Of a DNA stretch of 45,833 nucleotides, positions 26,248-39,110 are shown piece after piece (the first letter of the stretch is position 1; every line of letters begins with the position of its first letter). The DNA is from Octopus bimaculoides (taxonomy: Eukaryota). The stretch is from assembly GCF_001194135.2 (NCBI RefSeq), contig NC_068992.1, positions 51,404,587 through 51,450,419 on the forward strand, read 5' to 3'. A model generated the notes under the pieces. It made no database searches and was not told the DNA's origin. It saw nothing but the letters and a program-made list of their open reading frames with translations. Made by a program: the position numbers and the translations under genes.

Positions 26248-27527
26248 TCGGGTCGTTAAGAGTGAAATGTCCGATTTTGAACTGAAAATTTGTTTTACTT
26301 TATCTCAACAAAAGAAAAAAACAATGCAGTTATCAAAGTATGCACCTAAATTATCAACACAATTTTGTCATTTTATCGGTAGCTTATTTATGCTGGGAGC
26401 AAAGAATTCTGGAGAGCAAGAGGTGATGAAATCATGAAAGGCTGTTTTCGCATCTTCTCCAGATTTAAATTTTTTTCTTGTAAATAGTTGTCTAATACCT
26501 GGAAAACCTGATAGTCAGTTGGTGCAAAGTCTGGTGAATACAATAGATGAGAGAGTACTTCCAAGTTCAGTAAGTTGAATAGCGTTCTTTGTGCAACATG
26601 TGGTCGAGCATTGTCTTGCAAGAGAGATGGTCTGTCTCTATTGACCAATCTCGGTTTTTTTATTACAAGCTCACTCAATAGTTCATCCAATAAGTTGATG
26701 TATACATCTGCTGTAATTGACATACCAGGTCTCATGAAGATGTAGTGGATGACACCAACACTGGACCACTAAGCGGACCCCATTAGCTGTTTTGAATGAA
26801 TATTCTTCTTTGGACTGTGTTTTGTTACTTCGTCTCTATTCAATCATCATGCAGAATGCTTGCTATTGTTGAAAAGAATCCATTTTTCATCACACATAAC
26901 AATACGATGCCAAAATGGTTTGCTTTTATATTGTGACAGTATAGAACAGCAAATTTCAAGATGACGTGTCATTTGATGCTCATTCAGTTCATGTGTTACC
27001 CACTTGTCCAGCTTCTTTATCTTGCTGATCTGTTTCAAATGATCCAATACAGTTGGAATCAAAACATCAAACCATGCTGCTAACTCATGCAGAGTTTGAG
27101 ATGCATCCACTTCCACTACAGTTTCCAGCTCATCATTATCCACTTTGGTCTCAGGTCTACCATGGGGCTGATTTTCAGGAGTAAAGTCACCACACCGGAA
27201 CATCTCAGATCATCGACGTACAGTGCACTCATTTACCACATCTTCACCAAACACCTCATTGATGTTTTGAGCTGTCTGGGATAGATTGGTTCCATAACAG
27301 AACTCATATTCATAAACAACACGAATTTTTTATCTATCCATGGGTTCACTAAAATTAATTTACAAGAGAAAACTCAATATAATCAGACACCATGAATTGC
27401 ATTTCGGAAGATGATGATGTAACTCTTCGATGTTGTAGAACAAAGAATTGTCAGGAAAGATATTAAAGTTAACGACTGTCAAACTTGGTGCATTAGAAAA
27501 TCGGACATTTTATTCTTAATGACCAGA
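26248..27527 (-). mobile_element. Full-length but decayed mariner (1280 bp)
   Basis: 31-bp TIRs matching at 27/31; TA at the left end only; WVTHEL, MCDEKW, QDNARPH, YSPDFAPTDY motifs in broken frames. Confidence 0.93.
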
Positions 27528-27636
27528 GAGTTGATCCTAAATGACTGGTTCTATGTTCCATCTGCATAGTCTCATGAAGTAACCTTGCCAATTCTATCCA
27601 ACAAAAACAAATTTGGTAACCTCAATTATATAATTT

Positions 27637-27838
27637 ATTCTTTCATTTGTTTCAGTCATTTGACTGCGACCATGCTGGAGCACCGCCTTTAGTCGAGCAA
27701 ATCGACCCCAGGACTTATTTTTTGTAAGCCTAGTACTTATTCTACTGGTCTACTTTGCTGAACTGCTAAGTTATGGGGATGTAAACACACCAACATCGGT
27801 TGTCAAGTGATTAGTGGGAGAACAAACACAGACACACA

Positions 27839-27907
<69 letters not shown>

Positions 27908-28068
27908 GATGGGCTTCTTATAGTTTCCATCTACCAAATCCACTCACAAGGCTTTGGTCAGCCTGAGACAATAATAGAAGACACTTACCCAAGGTGCCAT
28001 GCAGTAAGACTGAATCCGGAACCATGTGGTTGGTTAGCAAGCTACATACCACGCACCTACCCTGCACC
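27637..28068 (-). mobile_element. Full-length tRNA-head SINE with internal (TA)n
   Basis: Near reverse complement of 33060-33530; (TA)n at 27842-27905. Confidence 0.9.
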
Positions 28069-29069
28069 TATATGTATAATTTATTTCTTGAACCCTTTAA
28101 AAATCATTCTGTTTTGTTTAGACCCAAGCCCGCTCTGGTCATGCAGACTTATGGTCAGAAGTATTCCACATGTGACCATCCTATCTTTTCTTTTGGAGAT
28201 AGTGTAGCTCGAACAGCATCATAGAATACATTCTGCCATTTTTAAAGTTGGTAAAGAATGACCAGAATGTTATTTTTATCAGGTCATTCACTTGGCAGAA
28301 ACTTACTCATGGTTTGTATACCAACATTCTTTCTTTCCTTTTTTTCTTTCTTGTTTTTCAGTAGAGAAAGAAATGTCTGGAAACTGCTTATTCGTAATTA
28401 CAACACTTATTTTTTAAAAGATTAGATTTGGTTTAAAATAACTGAGTTAAAGTATCTTCAGATCTCAGAGTTTTACATGTTATTTTTAAATTACTTCATG
28501 TATGTTAGCAAATTCAGAAGAAAAAGCTAAATCGGGCCAACTGAATTATGTTTGATATAATTTGGGAAAAATCTATTAAACCACATATCACTACATTTCA
28601 TAACGTTTTATATAAAAATATAATTCATGTAGTGTCTGTACTAACAATCCAGGAAAAGTGGAAATATGCTAAATTGAGAAAATATCTGCTTTGTAGTTGC
28701 AAATCAAAACCAAACACGAAAGAAACTGGTAGAGGTTTACATTGACAAACATTGTTTAACCCTTTCATTACTATATTTCTGATGAAATACACTATCTGTA
28801 TTTCAATTAAGTTTGAAAATAATCAATAAATTGGAAGGATATAGCAAAGTAGCTTTCCAGATTTTAAGCTAGTGTTTGGAAAGTTACTGAACAAAAATAT
28901 TCCACAAATTTTGTATTTATGGTTTTCATATATCTATTAAACATTATGATCAGCTAGAAGAGTTATGAGTGCAGTGGAAGAAATACTTTTGTGATATTTA
29001 ACCTGGTTCTTTTGTATTCCAAGTTCAAATCCTAGAGAAGCTATCTTTGCCTTTTAACTTCTCAGGATT

Positions 29070-29190
29070 CATCATCATCATCATTGTTTAACGTCTGCTT
29101 TCCATGCTGGCATGGGTTGGATGGTTTGACTGAGGACTGGTGAGCCAGAGGCTGCACCAGGCTCAGTCTAATCTGGCAAAGTTCCTACAG
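29070..29190 (-). mobile_element. RTE-type 3' tail
   Basis: catcatcatcatcattgtttaacgtctgctttccatgctggcatgggttgg. Confidence 0.75.
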
Positions 29191-29308
29191 CCCAAATCTT
29201 CTGTGGACCCCCAAGGGTCATATGGACCCTAGTCAAGACTCACCGTATTAGAGAATCAGACAGGATGCTTGTGATATTTGTTAAAATATTCTGTGTATTA
29301 TAAAAATA

Positions 29309-30057
29309 TGAAGGGAAGTCAAAAATTATCTGCACTTTTGCCATAACATATCTTTATTATTGTCACACTCCCTTGTGTGCATATGTGCTTATAGTTGGTA
29401 CTATTGTGGTCATGTGATCGAAGTTTGAGCCTGATTGTGCCATTTTTCATTCTGGCTTTACAGCGTAAGCATGACCACTGCACTAGCAATGTGCACCAAA
29501 GAAGAACAAAGAGCAGTGATCCAATTTCTCTGGTCGGAAGGTGTGTCAGATGCTGAAATTCATTGGAAGCTTTTCGCACAGTAAGGGACATTGCACTACT
29601 GTGTTGAAGTGTGTATGAATGAATCGAGAAGTTTAAAAGTGGTTGGACAAGCATGATGCATGAAGAGGGAGTAGGCTGCTCATCAACCTCCACCACTAAT
29701 GAGAAGATTCAGCAAGTTTGAGAGATGGTAATGGTGAACCGGCAAGTTATCATCGATGAGATAGCTCATTCTCTGAAGATTAGTTATAGTTCTGCTTATC
29801 AAATCATCCATGATGAGCTTGGCTTTCATAAAGTCTGTGCTTGATTGGTGCCAAGAGATTTTACTGCAAAGCACAAGTGCAAATGTCTTGAGGCCTGCTA
29901 ATGTTTACTTGATCACTACAACAATGAGGGCGAGGAATTTTTGAGCAGAATAGTCACAGAAGAGGAAGCGTGGGCCCATCATTATGAGGTGGAATCCAAA
30001 AGACAGAGTCTGGCGAGGAAACATCCTAGCTTGCCAGCGACAAAGAAATTCATATAG
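29309..30057 (+). mobile_element. Decayed mariner, 5' half
   Basis: TA then TIR tgaagggaagtcaaaaatt; from ATG 29471 MTTALAMCTKEEQRAVIQFLWSEG...LGFHKVCA*LVPR...IVTEEEAW...SKRQS; stops; truncated near 30057. Confidence 0.9.
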
Positions 30058-30166
30058 ACTATTTATTACATATAAACTCCAGCAGCAACATCATACATGG
30101 ACCCCCAAAGCTAATGTGGACCCTGCTTGAGAGCCTCTGCTCTAACAGGTTTTGAAGCAATACAAC

Positions 30167-30309
30167 CTTGCTGATCTTCTTCAGACTGTTGGTGCCCATC
30201 TCTATGAATATCTTTTGGGGCTGCCACAGAATGTAGCTGGTCAATCACATTCTTTATTCGCTGGCTTAGAGCCTTCACAATGATGTCTTCCTTAAGGAAG
30301 CACCAAAGC
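30167..30309 (-). CDS. Candidate exon; an overlapping plus-strand alternative (30149-30232) is equally plausible
   Basis: Minus: ttttttgttttatttttag|G...AAG|gttgta, LWCFLKEDIIVKALSQRIKNVIDQLHSVAAPKDIHRDGHQQSEEDQQ. Plus: ctctaacag|GTT, VLKQYNLADLLQTVGAHLYEYLLGLPQN. GC-richer than flanks. Confidence 0.35.
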
Positions 30310-30542
30310 CTAAAAATAAAACAAAAAAAGCACAACATCTATTCAAATTTTGAAGAATAAGCAAGAGGAAATAATTTTGCTTCGTGTAATATCAATGTCA
30401 GGCTAGCCATGGCAGGCAAGCCATGCAAAGCTAGGTTTTAGATGTACTTAATTAGATGCACTTTTCACAAATTAAACAATTTCTAAAGCATTTCTGATAT
30501 ATTTAGATGAAATATAAAATCTGTTGACTGTTCATTTAATTA

Positions 30543-30780
30543 TCTATCCATCCATCCACCCATCCATCTAAACATCCATCCATCCATCTAAACATCCATC
30601 CATCCATCAATCCAAAGATCCATAGATCATTCCATCCATCTATCCATCATTCCTCCATCCACCCTTCTGTCCATCTATCCATTCATCCTTATCTCAATCC
30701 AGTCATAAAACTATCCATTCATCCATCTCTCCATCCATCTATCCAACCAGCCAGCCAGTCAACTATCCATTCATCTATCT
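30543..30780. repeat. Degenerate (ATCC)n microsatellite
   Basis: Directly visible. Confidence 0.9.
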
Positions 30781-30832
30781 TTGTACCCAACAATTCCTGT
30801 GACAATTGTGCAGGTAGTGTTCTTGGACATAC

Positions 30833-30845
30833 CCTGCAGAAGATT
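30833..30845 (-). CDS. Candidate 13-nt micro-exon
   Basis: tgtttctaacag|AATCTTCTGCAGG|gtatgt; bridges the phase mismatch between 30943-30985 and 30167-30309. Confidence 0.3.
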
Positions 30846-30942
30846 CTGTTAGAAACAACTACAAGAATTTTCTCCAGCTAAATCTCCAAGTGAGACAAAC
30901 TGAGAATAGAGAGATTCTTTTCCAACTATCTGACTTGTTTAC

Positions 30943-30985
30943 CCTTAGGTACCACGCCGGTTAGCCTTGCTTGTAAAAATCTGTC
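30943..30985 (-). CDS. Candidate exon
   Basis: gaatttcag|GAC...AGG|gtaaac; single open frame DRFLQARLTGVVPK. Confidence 0.3.
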
Positions 30986-31824
30986 CTGAAATTCTTTCCT
31001 TAGAAATTCTAATCACATGTTTGTTGAACAAAAATAAGTTGCTAAAAAATTAGTCTGTATTTCTAATGAACATTAAAAAAAAACACAAGAACAAACAAAA
31101 AAAAAACAACAAACAGAACAGAAAAACAAACAAAAACAGTCATCAAAATGTTACTAATAGAAAAGAGACTTTGATTTTAACTACGCCTGGCAGAGTGTGT
31201 GGTAGTGATAGGAGTATAAACGCTCTTGCAAAAAATAAAATCAATTCAATGTGATATAATTTAATTGTCCATTTCTGCCAGAGCAAATTACAGTACATTG
31301 CCAACTGCCAGTTATAAATGAACCACCATGTCTGACAAACTTATTTGTGAAGAAAATTTTGTTTAATTTTATAAAATGTAATGATTAGAACTAATTTTTT
31401 TTTTTTTTTTTACAAATTAATAACATGTTAAATCGACAAGCCAAACTTGAAATTTGCATTAGTTTTATAGCTAAAAGTATCAAATGTGCAAATATTTATT
31501 TTGTGGATAACATTATTCTTGTGGGTGTAATGTATATACTTAAATGTATTTGCAATGTAATTGTATATACTTAAAAACTATATTACATTAATTTTTCTTC
31601 TTCTTTCTTATGGATATGTGTTGTATCCATTACCCACACGCGCACACATACACACACACACACACACACACATCTACACATATATATAAGCATGCTTATA
31701 TATGCGTTTATGCATGTATGTGCATGTGTATTTATGTATTTGTTGAAAAATAAATATATGTATGTATTTGTTTAACATATATACATATATACACATATAC
31801 ATATATATATTTGTATATTTATAT

Positions 31825-31868
<44 letters not shown>

Positions 31869-31911
31869 ACATATATATATGTATGTGNNNNNNNNNNTAT
31901 ATATGTATGTG

Positions 31912-31952
<41 letters not shown>

Positions 31953-32625
31953 GCATGTATGTATATATATATATCTTTTGAGTTCCATTAAGTCAAATTT
32001 TACTCTGTATATTTACTGGACAGTACTGCAAACAGTTTATTAATGAATTTTATATTATTATAGTCTAAAGACAGGAAAGGACCTCACAAAGACAAAAATA
32101 ATTAGTACGGAGTCCAAACCAAGTAAATGAGAATTTAATTGAGTTTCGGTATTGCACCATAGCAACTGTTAACATTACTGCTGTGACCATAATGACTCTA
32201 ACCCAATTTAATCTAAAGTTATACAATGATTAGTTTGAGTTAAATTCCCACTGGTTATTAAGTAATATAATCTGTCTGTCCTGAATATATATGTGTTCAC
32301 ATATATATTGCAGTACAGACTAGCTACATTTCTCTTAAAACAATTCTCTTACAAGAATTCACACATGCTGATGTAACCACAACCTTGTTTCTGCATCAAC
32401 CTGTAATTCACACACCTATATACTGAAGCTCACACACACACACTCACATGCACATGCACATGGGAACACACACACACACAACATGCATATATACATGCAC
32501 ACATGCTCATGCATACATGCTCATGCACAATCACTCATTTCCAATTGTGATAAATTGTTGTTCAGATCCATATCAACCCAGAATTTACTACATGTATATA
32601 TTATAATTGATGTTTTTCAAAATAC

Positions 32626-32829
32626 CCTTTCTCTGCAATCATTCTTTGTATAACAATTCTTTGGGGGAACTAATCTATCTTCATTTATCATTTCAAGGTG
32701 TGTTATTATCGGAAATTGTTGTTTGCACTGTGTTCCTTGAAATTGGTAATTCCTTACATCTATGCTGCAATCATTTCTAGCATGTTTAATTTTGTTATGT
32801 AACCAGCATTTAAAAAATCTTCCCAATAT
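32626..32829 (-). CDS. Candidate exon
   Basis: aatttag|ATA...AGG|gtattt; 68 open codons (ILGRFFKCWL...KNDCRER), phase 0 to 0, in frame with 30943-30985. Confidence 0.28.
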
Positions 32830-33059
32830 CTAAATTGTAGATTTAAAATCCGGCATCTTATGTATTTTTTAAACCTAGTTCGAAGTTAGTGCCCATAATC
32901 CTGCACCAAGCATTCAAGACCAGTGAAGGAGAGAGAGTGGAGCATCCTCAAACTTTGAGACCTGACCAAAATACTCATGATAGTATGGACACTACTAAAG
33001 GTAATTAGGGTTCTATAAGGTGATATTAAGTTGTGTAATGAATTAAGTCTACCAAATAG

Positions 33060-33231
33060 GTGCAGAAGCGGCTGTGTGGTAGGTAACTTGCTTACCAACC
33101 ACATGGTTCCGGGTTCAGTCCCTCTGTATGGAACCTTTGGCAAGTGTCTTCTACTATAGCCTTGGGTCAACCAAAGCATTGTGAGTGAATTTGGTTGATG
33201 GAAACTCAATGAAACTTGTTGTGTATGTATG

Positions 33232-33328
<97 letters not shown>

Positions 33329-33530
33329 TTGTGTCTGTGTTGATCCCCCCACCATCTCTTGACAACTGATGTTCTTGTGTTTACGTCCCCGTAGCTTAGC
33401 AGTTCAGCATAAGAGACTGATAGAAAAGGTACTAGGCTTACAAAGAATACGTCCTGGGGGCTATTTCTTTGACTAAAAGGTGATGCTCCAGCATGGCCGC
33501 AGTCAAATGACTGAAACAAATAAAAGAAAA
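33060..33530 (+). mobile_element. Full-length tRNA-head SINE with internal (TA)n(TG)n
   Basis: Head ggctgtgtggtag...ggttcagtccc (pol III boxes); microsatellite 33233-33325; 3' end gcatggccgcagtcaaatgactgaaac. Probably one of the described octopus SINE families; not assignable by eye. Confidence 0.9.
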
Positions 33531-34107
33531 CAGACAAAGAAACCCAAGTAGGCCACTGCAGGATTTGAACTCAGAACACAAAGAGCAGAACAAATATTGC
33601 TAGCATCCCTTGCAAATTCTTACATTTCTATCATATGCAGCATCTTGGGCAAATATCATTTTCTATAGCCTCAAGTTGACCCAAATCTTATGAGTAAAAA
33701 TGGGTACACAGAAACTGTGCAGAAGCCCACAGGCTGAATTGTGCCTATTATTCTCAAGGCACTACTTTATCACACATTGTGTCACACTGATCCTGCATGA
33801 GAATTATGATAAGGACAAACATGCAGAATGTTCAGCTACTTATATTGTTATTCAATTGATCAAACAGTTGAATGCTTATCATTGAAAGATTGAGATTCAC
33901 CACTATGAATATCTGTAAAGAGTAGAAAAGAATATTCTTTTATTCCTTTAAGGCGGTGAGTTACCTCTGGATATCCTTGTTGCTCATTTTGATTTTAAGC
34001 ACCTTACTTTGAAATTGTATGGATAATACCGGATTAAATGCTGGTGCTTCATCTTAAGTACCATATTCATCTGAAGCTATCGATCTATGTATCTATCTAT
34101 CTATCTA

Positions 34108-34164
<57 letters not shown>

Positions 34165-34754
34165 CAGGCTTCTTGTAGTTTTCATTTACCAAATCCCCTC
34201 ACAAGGCTTTGGTTGGCCTGAGGCTATAGTAGAGGACATTAATTTATATTTGTGTATGTATTTATATATATATGTATATACATAATTTTTTCACTTCAGA
34301 AAATAAAAAACAGAGTTAATCCTAGTGAACTTTGAACTCCAAAAGTAATGTGACAACACTAATTAGATATAAGTAATTACAACTAGATGTTTTGTCTGAC
34401 ACTCTATTAATTCCGTCACTCGAAATTGACATGTATTGATACATATCAATTTGTAAATTGGCAGCTACCAGCTTTTAACAGAGATATTGATAGGAAGTTT
34501 TACATTTTAAACTTAATATTGTCTGAAATTGTAACAGATAAGTTTTAATCAGTTCTGCTCTCTTCAATAGAAATGTCAACTGAAGTGAAATAATTTTCAA
34601 ATCATTTGCCTCTATTTTATTTTATTTTTATTGTTTAATCTATAGAAAACTTGGCCTTTTGTGCTGTGAATCATTCAACTGTAAAAGAAATCAAGTCCTT
34701 CATTTTGAAATCTATTTTCTGTTGTTAGTTGGCTGACTTCAATGCAAATATTAC

Positions 34755-35215
34755 ATCATCATCATGTTCATCATATTCATCATCATTTAACATCTATTTT
34801 CTGTGCTGGCATGGGTTGAGCAGTTTGACAGAAGCTGGCTAGCTGAAGAGCTACCTGGACTCCATGTCTGTTTTGCCATGGTTTCTACTGTTGGATTCCC
34901 TTCCTAATGCCAACCACTGTACAGAGTGTACTGTGTGCTTTTACTCAGCAGTGGCATGGGTGCTTTTACGGGTACTGGTACAACCCTGCAAGATTATGAA
35001 CACTCAGCTGAAGAAGGATACAAGGGACATACTTGTATGCAAGGACAGCCATGATTTTACTTAGCTTGGTGTGTCTTCTCAAGTACAACAAACTGCCAGG
35101 AGTCTTGCTCCCCTGTCATCCCCTCTGTAAGGTCCTATGTCTGGAGATCCTTTGTCACCACTTCCTCTCACATCTTCCTGGGTCTACCTCTTCCACATGT
35201 TCCTTCCAGTGTCAT
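34755..35215 (-). mobile_element. RTE LINE 3' fragment
   Basis: Minus: LEGTCGRGRPRKM*EEVVTKDLQT*DLTEGM...WQFVVLEKTHQAK, 3' UTR and (GAT)n tail. Confidence 0.85.
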
Positions 35216-36123
35216 TTCTTCCTTGATTTGTTTCCAAATTGCTGACAATCAAGTGTTTTACATCTCTGAGTAGTTATGGACTATGTAACCAAATGTCAAA
35301 ATAGTTGTGGACTTATGATGTCCAAGCTCATAAAAATATTGCCCACCATCAAGATTAATAAATGCAATATTATTCCCAATTGTGTATGAAAGATGGAATC
35401 TCACAGTACACTAACTTGTTTTGTTGCAATTATTTTTTCTTGTTCCTCATTCACATTTCTTCATCAAAGCCAATTCACCAAGACAAAATTTTATTTCTTT
35501 TTTTATTTGCAGACAAGATAAAATAGAATTTAAAAATTAATCAGTCATCATTGAAAAAAATGTTGCATATGAAAAATAAAGTAATTCTTCTGGGTAAAAT
35601 TTACAAATTGTATAAATGTACTGAAATTCCTGTAAAAAAAATGTTTTAATGAAAAGATAATCTGAGTTCTCCATTAATAGAAAGAAATATTTTCGACTAA
35701 AAATTTAACTCTTTCAGTTATAATTTCGAATAGAATTATTAAAATTTCTACAACTACAGAATTAAAAGCAAATTTGAATGTTTCTATAAAGAAACATGAA
35801 CTTGACTCTATCTGAAAAAGTTCTTACTAAATATTTGTAAGAAAATCAAAATTTTTTTCTATAGTTTAATCAAACAGCATTACATCTTTTTTTTTTTTTT
35901 GCAACAGATTTTAAAATGTGTCTGTTTGTATAAACGATACCATATTAAATTATTCAAACTTATTTATTTGAATACTGATGTTTTTAACAATATAATTTGG
36001 TTCTGAAACATTTTGGTTTAAATACATTATGAATAAGGATTAAAAAAAGTCTCTGACCATTACTGAAAAATACTCACAACTGATTTATGTAGTTACTTTC
36101 CTTGTTAGGACCAAAGTCTTTGT

Positions 36124-36513
36124 TTTTATCTTTTACTTGTTTCAGTCATTAAACTGTGGCCATGCTGGGGCACCACCTTAAAGAAGTTTTAGTTGAACAA
36201 ATCGGACCTAGCACTTGTTTTATTTTTATTCTTAGTATTTATTCTATACTGAACTGCCGACTTATGGGGATGTAAACACACCAACGCCAGTTGTCAAGCG
36301 ATGGTGGGGGAGAAACACAGACACAAAGATACACACACAGACATTCACACACATATGATAAGGTTCTTCCAGTTTCTGGCTACCAAATCCACTAACAAAG
36401 CTTTGGTTGGCCTGAGGTTATAGAAAACACTTGCCCAAGATGCCAAACAGTGGGACTGAACCTGGAGCCACGTGGTTGAGAAGCAAACTTCTTACCACAT
36501 AGCCATGCTCGTG
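36124..36513 (-). mobile_element. Full-length SINE, same family as 33060-33530, short internal tract
   Basis: Both head and 3' body present; only a short CA-rich tract internally. Confidence 0.88.
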
Positions 36514-36981
36514 TCTAAATAACTAAATCTTTCTCTATTAACACCAAACATTTTTTTAAACGTAGATGACATCAGAAAAATGTAGTTGTACATAAACTAA
36601 ATCTGAATAAAAAACATGAAAGCGTCAACTGGAATGCCTGTTATCATGGAACACTCAACCTTCTGATTTCAACCTGCTTGAGACTACCTTTGACCTTATG
36701 AACCAAAATTTCCTCATTTTACGGTGTTCAGATTTAAATTAAAGCATTTTATTATGATTTGATATAAAAATTTTCATTGATTATTCCAATTTAAAATACA
36801 AATTACTAAAAAATTAAATTACTGATTAGATCCATTTAAACTCTCAAATATTTTCAAAATTAATTGAAATGCATAAGCAAGTATTTCATTAGAAATATGA
36901 TATTTGAAAGGATTAATCAAAATTGATCTGGGGCCATCAAACAATAAACAAATACAATAGAAAGGTTAGATTAAACGTATA

Positions 36982-37199
36982 CGAAGAGGTGCTCGAAAGC
37001 TCCTGGCTTTGAGGATATCGCAAAAGACCTGGCTGGAGGCTTAACTTTCTGAGCTCTTTTACAGAGCTTAAAAAAACTGAAAGGCCACTTCAGGAAAGTA
37101 TGTGCCTCTGAGAGGGGATTATGTTGAATAAAATCATAATTAACTGATCCTCCTGTATTTTCTTTTACCCAAAACCGGAAACTTTTCAGCTCCACCTTG
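36982..37199 (+). mobile_element. Mariner-derived MITE (218 bp)
   Basis: TA on both sides; degenerate 29-bp TIRs (19/29); internal gaggggattatgttgaataa resembles the transposase C-terminus. Confidence 0.7.
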
Positions 37200-37312
37200 T
37201 AAATATTGAATTGCGTACATAAAATACATTAAAATCGAGTTACATCAAAATATGTTGTGTTTGTTTGCTCCACTAGCATGTGAAAAGGTCTGTTTAATTT
37301 TTAAGGATAACG

Positions 37313-39110
37313 ATAGGTACAAGCATGCCTGCGTAGTTATGAAATTTGCTTCCAAACAACGGGGTTTGGAGTTCAGTCCCACTGCATGGTACTTTAGGCA
37401 AGTGTCTTCGTCTATAATCCTGAGCTTTGTGAGTAGATATGGTAGACAGAAACATAAAGAAGACCATCAGTTTATCTATATCTATAAAACAGACGATGTT
37501 TGTGTGTGTGTGTACGTGAATGTTGTTTATGCACGTCCACAAATTAGCACGCATGTCGCTCCAATTTTAGGAGGAGATTCGGAATGACCTTATGTGCATT
37601 TTGGCCAATTTTTTCTCTCAGAGGCACCCGCGTATAGCTGTAAAAATCGATAAACTTTTACGAATTTTGAAATTTCTTGACATGGCGAAGTCAAATCTGT
37701 GCGTACGTGCGTGAAGAAGAGANNNNNNNNNNNNNNNNNNNNNNNNNNNNNNNNNNNNNNNNNNNNNNNNNNNNNNNNNNNNNNNNNNNNNNNNNNNNNN
37801 NNNNNNNNNNNNNNNNNNNNNNNNNNNNNNNNNNNNNNNNNNNNNNNNNNNNNNNNNNNNNNNNNNNNNNNNNNNNNNNNNNNNNNNNNNNNNNNNNNNN
37901 NNNNNNNNNNNNNNNNNNNNNNNNNNNNNNNNNNNNNNNNNNNNNNNNNNNNNNNNNNNNNNNNNNNNNNNNNNNNNNNNNNNNNNNNNNNNNNNNNNNN
38001 NNNNNNNNNNNNNNNNNNNNNNNNNNNNNNNNNNNNNNNNNNNNNNNNNNNNNNNNNNNNNNNNNNNNNNNNNNNNNNNNNNNNNNNNNNNNNNNNNNNN
38101 NNNNNNNNNNNNNNNNNNNNNNNNNNNNNNNNNNNNNNNNNNNNNNNNNNNNNNNNNNNNNNNNNNNNNNNNNNNNNNNNNNNNNNNNNNNNNNNNNNNN
38201 NNNNNNNNNNNNNNNNNNNNNNNNNNNNNNNNNNNNNNNNNNNNNNNNNNNNNNNNNNNNNNNNNNNNNNNNNNNNNNNNNNNNNNNNNNNNNNNNNNNN
38301 NNNNNNNNNNNNNNNNNNNNNNNNNNNNNNNNNNNNNNNNNNNNNNNNNNNNNNNNNNNNNNNNNNNNNNNNNNNNNNNNNNNNNNNNNNNNNNNNNNNN
38401 NNNNNNNNNNNNNNNNNNNNNNNNNNNNNNNNNNNNNNNNNNNGGTAAGTTTTCCTAAGTTACTCCAATTCACATCCCCAATGCAAACCTTCAGATCAAC
38501 CTTTTCCTATGCAGATCTCTAATGCAAATTAAAAAAAAAAACAGTCAATGAGTGGAAATAACCAATAAACTGATTCCTTATGGGATTTCCCAATTAAATT
38601 GCTAGCAAACCATTTTCAACGGATTTCGCTCAAATCTGATGTCCATGTTACTTATTTTGGTTTGAAATAAAGCACTTGATCACTTAATAATCCTAGCTTA
38701 ATCCCGAGCAGCGCCGGGCTATACTGCTAGTGTATTATATACATGTGCGCATGGTGGAGGTCTGTATGTGTGTGTTGTGTACGTGCGTGTGTGTGCGTGT
38801 GGGTGCGTGTGTGTGTGTGTGTGTGTGTGTGTCTGTCTGTCTGTCTGTCTTGAGATCATGTTATTGTTGTAAATGAGTGTCAAATATATAACAAGTTGTG
38901 GCGTTTATTTCCAAAATTCTGTGAAAACATGTCTGACCACGAGAAAATATTACCGCATTTGGAAATAGGTGAAGCTTGGTGACAGGAAGGGCATCTGGGA
39001 GGAGAAACATTTCCTCAACAAATTCCATCTGGTCTACACAGGCATGGAAAAATAGATGTTAAAACACTGATACTGATGATGATGATGACAGTGATGATGA
39101 TGATGATGAC
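37313..39110 (+). mobile_element. SINE (tRNA head, RTE-like tail) split by a Helitron: 37313-37474 and 38731-39110
   Basis: Head up to gaagaccatcagttta resumes as (TG)n and tail gacaggaagggcatc...gcatggaaaaatagatgtt...(GAT)n. Confidence 0.75.
37475..38730 (+). mobile_element. Non-autonomous Helitron with a 721-N gap inside
   Basis: A|TCTATATCTATAAAA 5' end; 3' hairpin cccg-agcagcgc-cggg 8 nt before CTAG|T; A-T target, no TSD; CpG-rich. Confidence 0.8.

Noticed and set aside
35280-35410. Minus-strand open frame FHLSYTIGNNIAFINLDGGQYFYELGHHKSTTILTF resembling a WD40 blade
   Set aside because: No usable acceptor (purine-rich upstream), and the phase does not join neighbouring candidates; frames this long are expected by chance.
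36971-37195. 74-aa minus-strand ORF in GC-richer DNA
   Set aside because: Antisense reading of a mariner MITE with TIRs and TA flanks.
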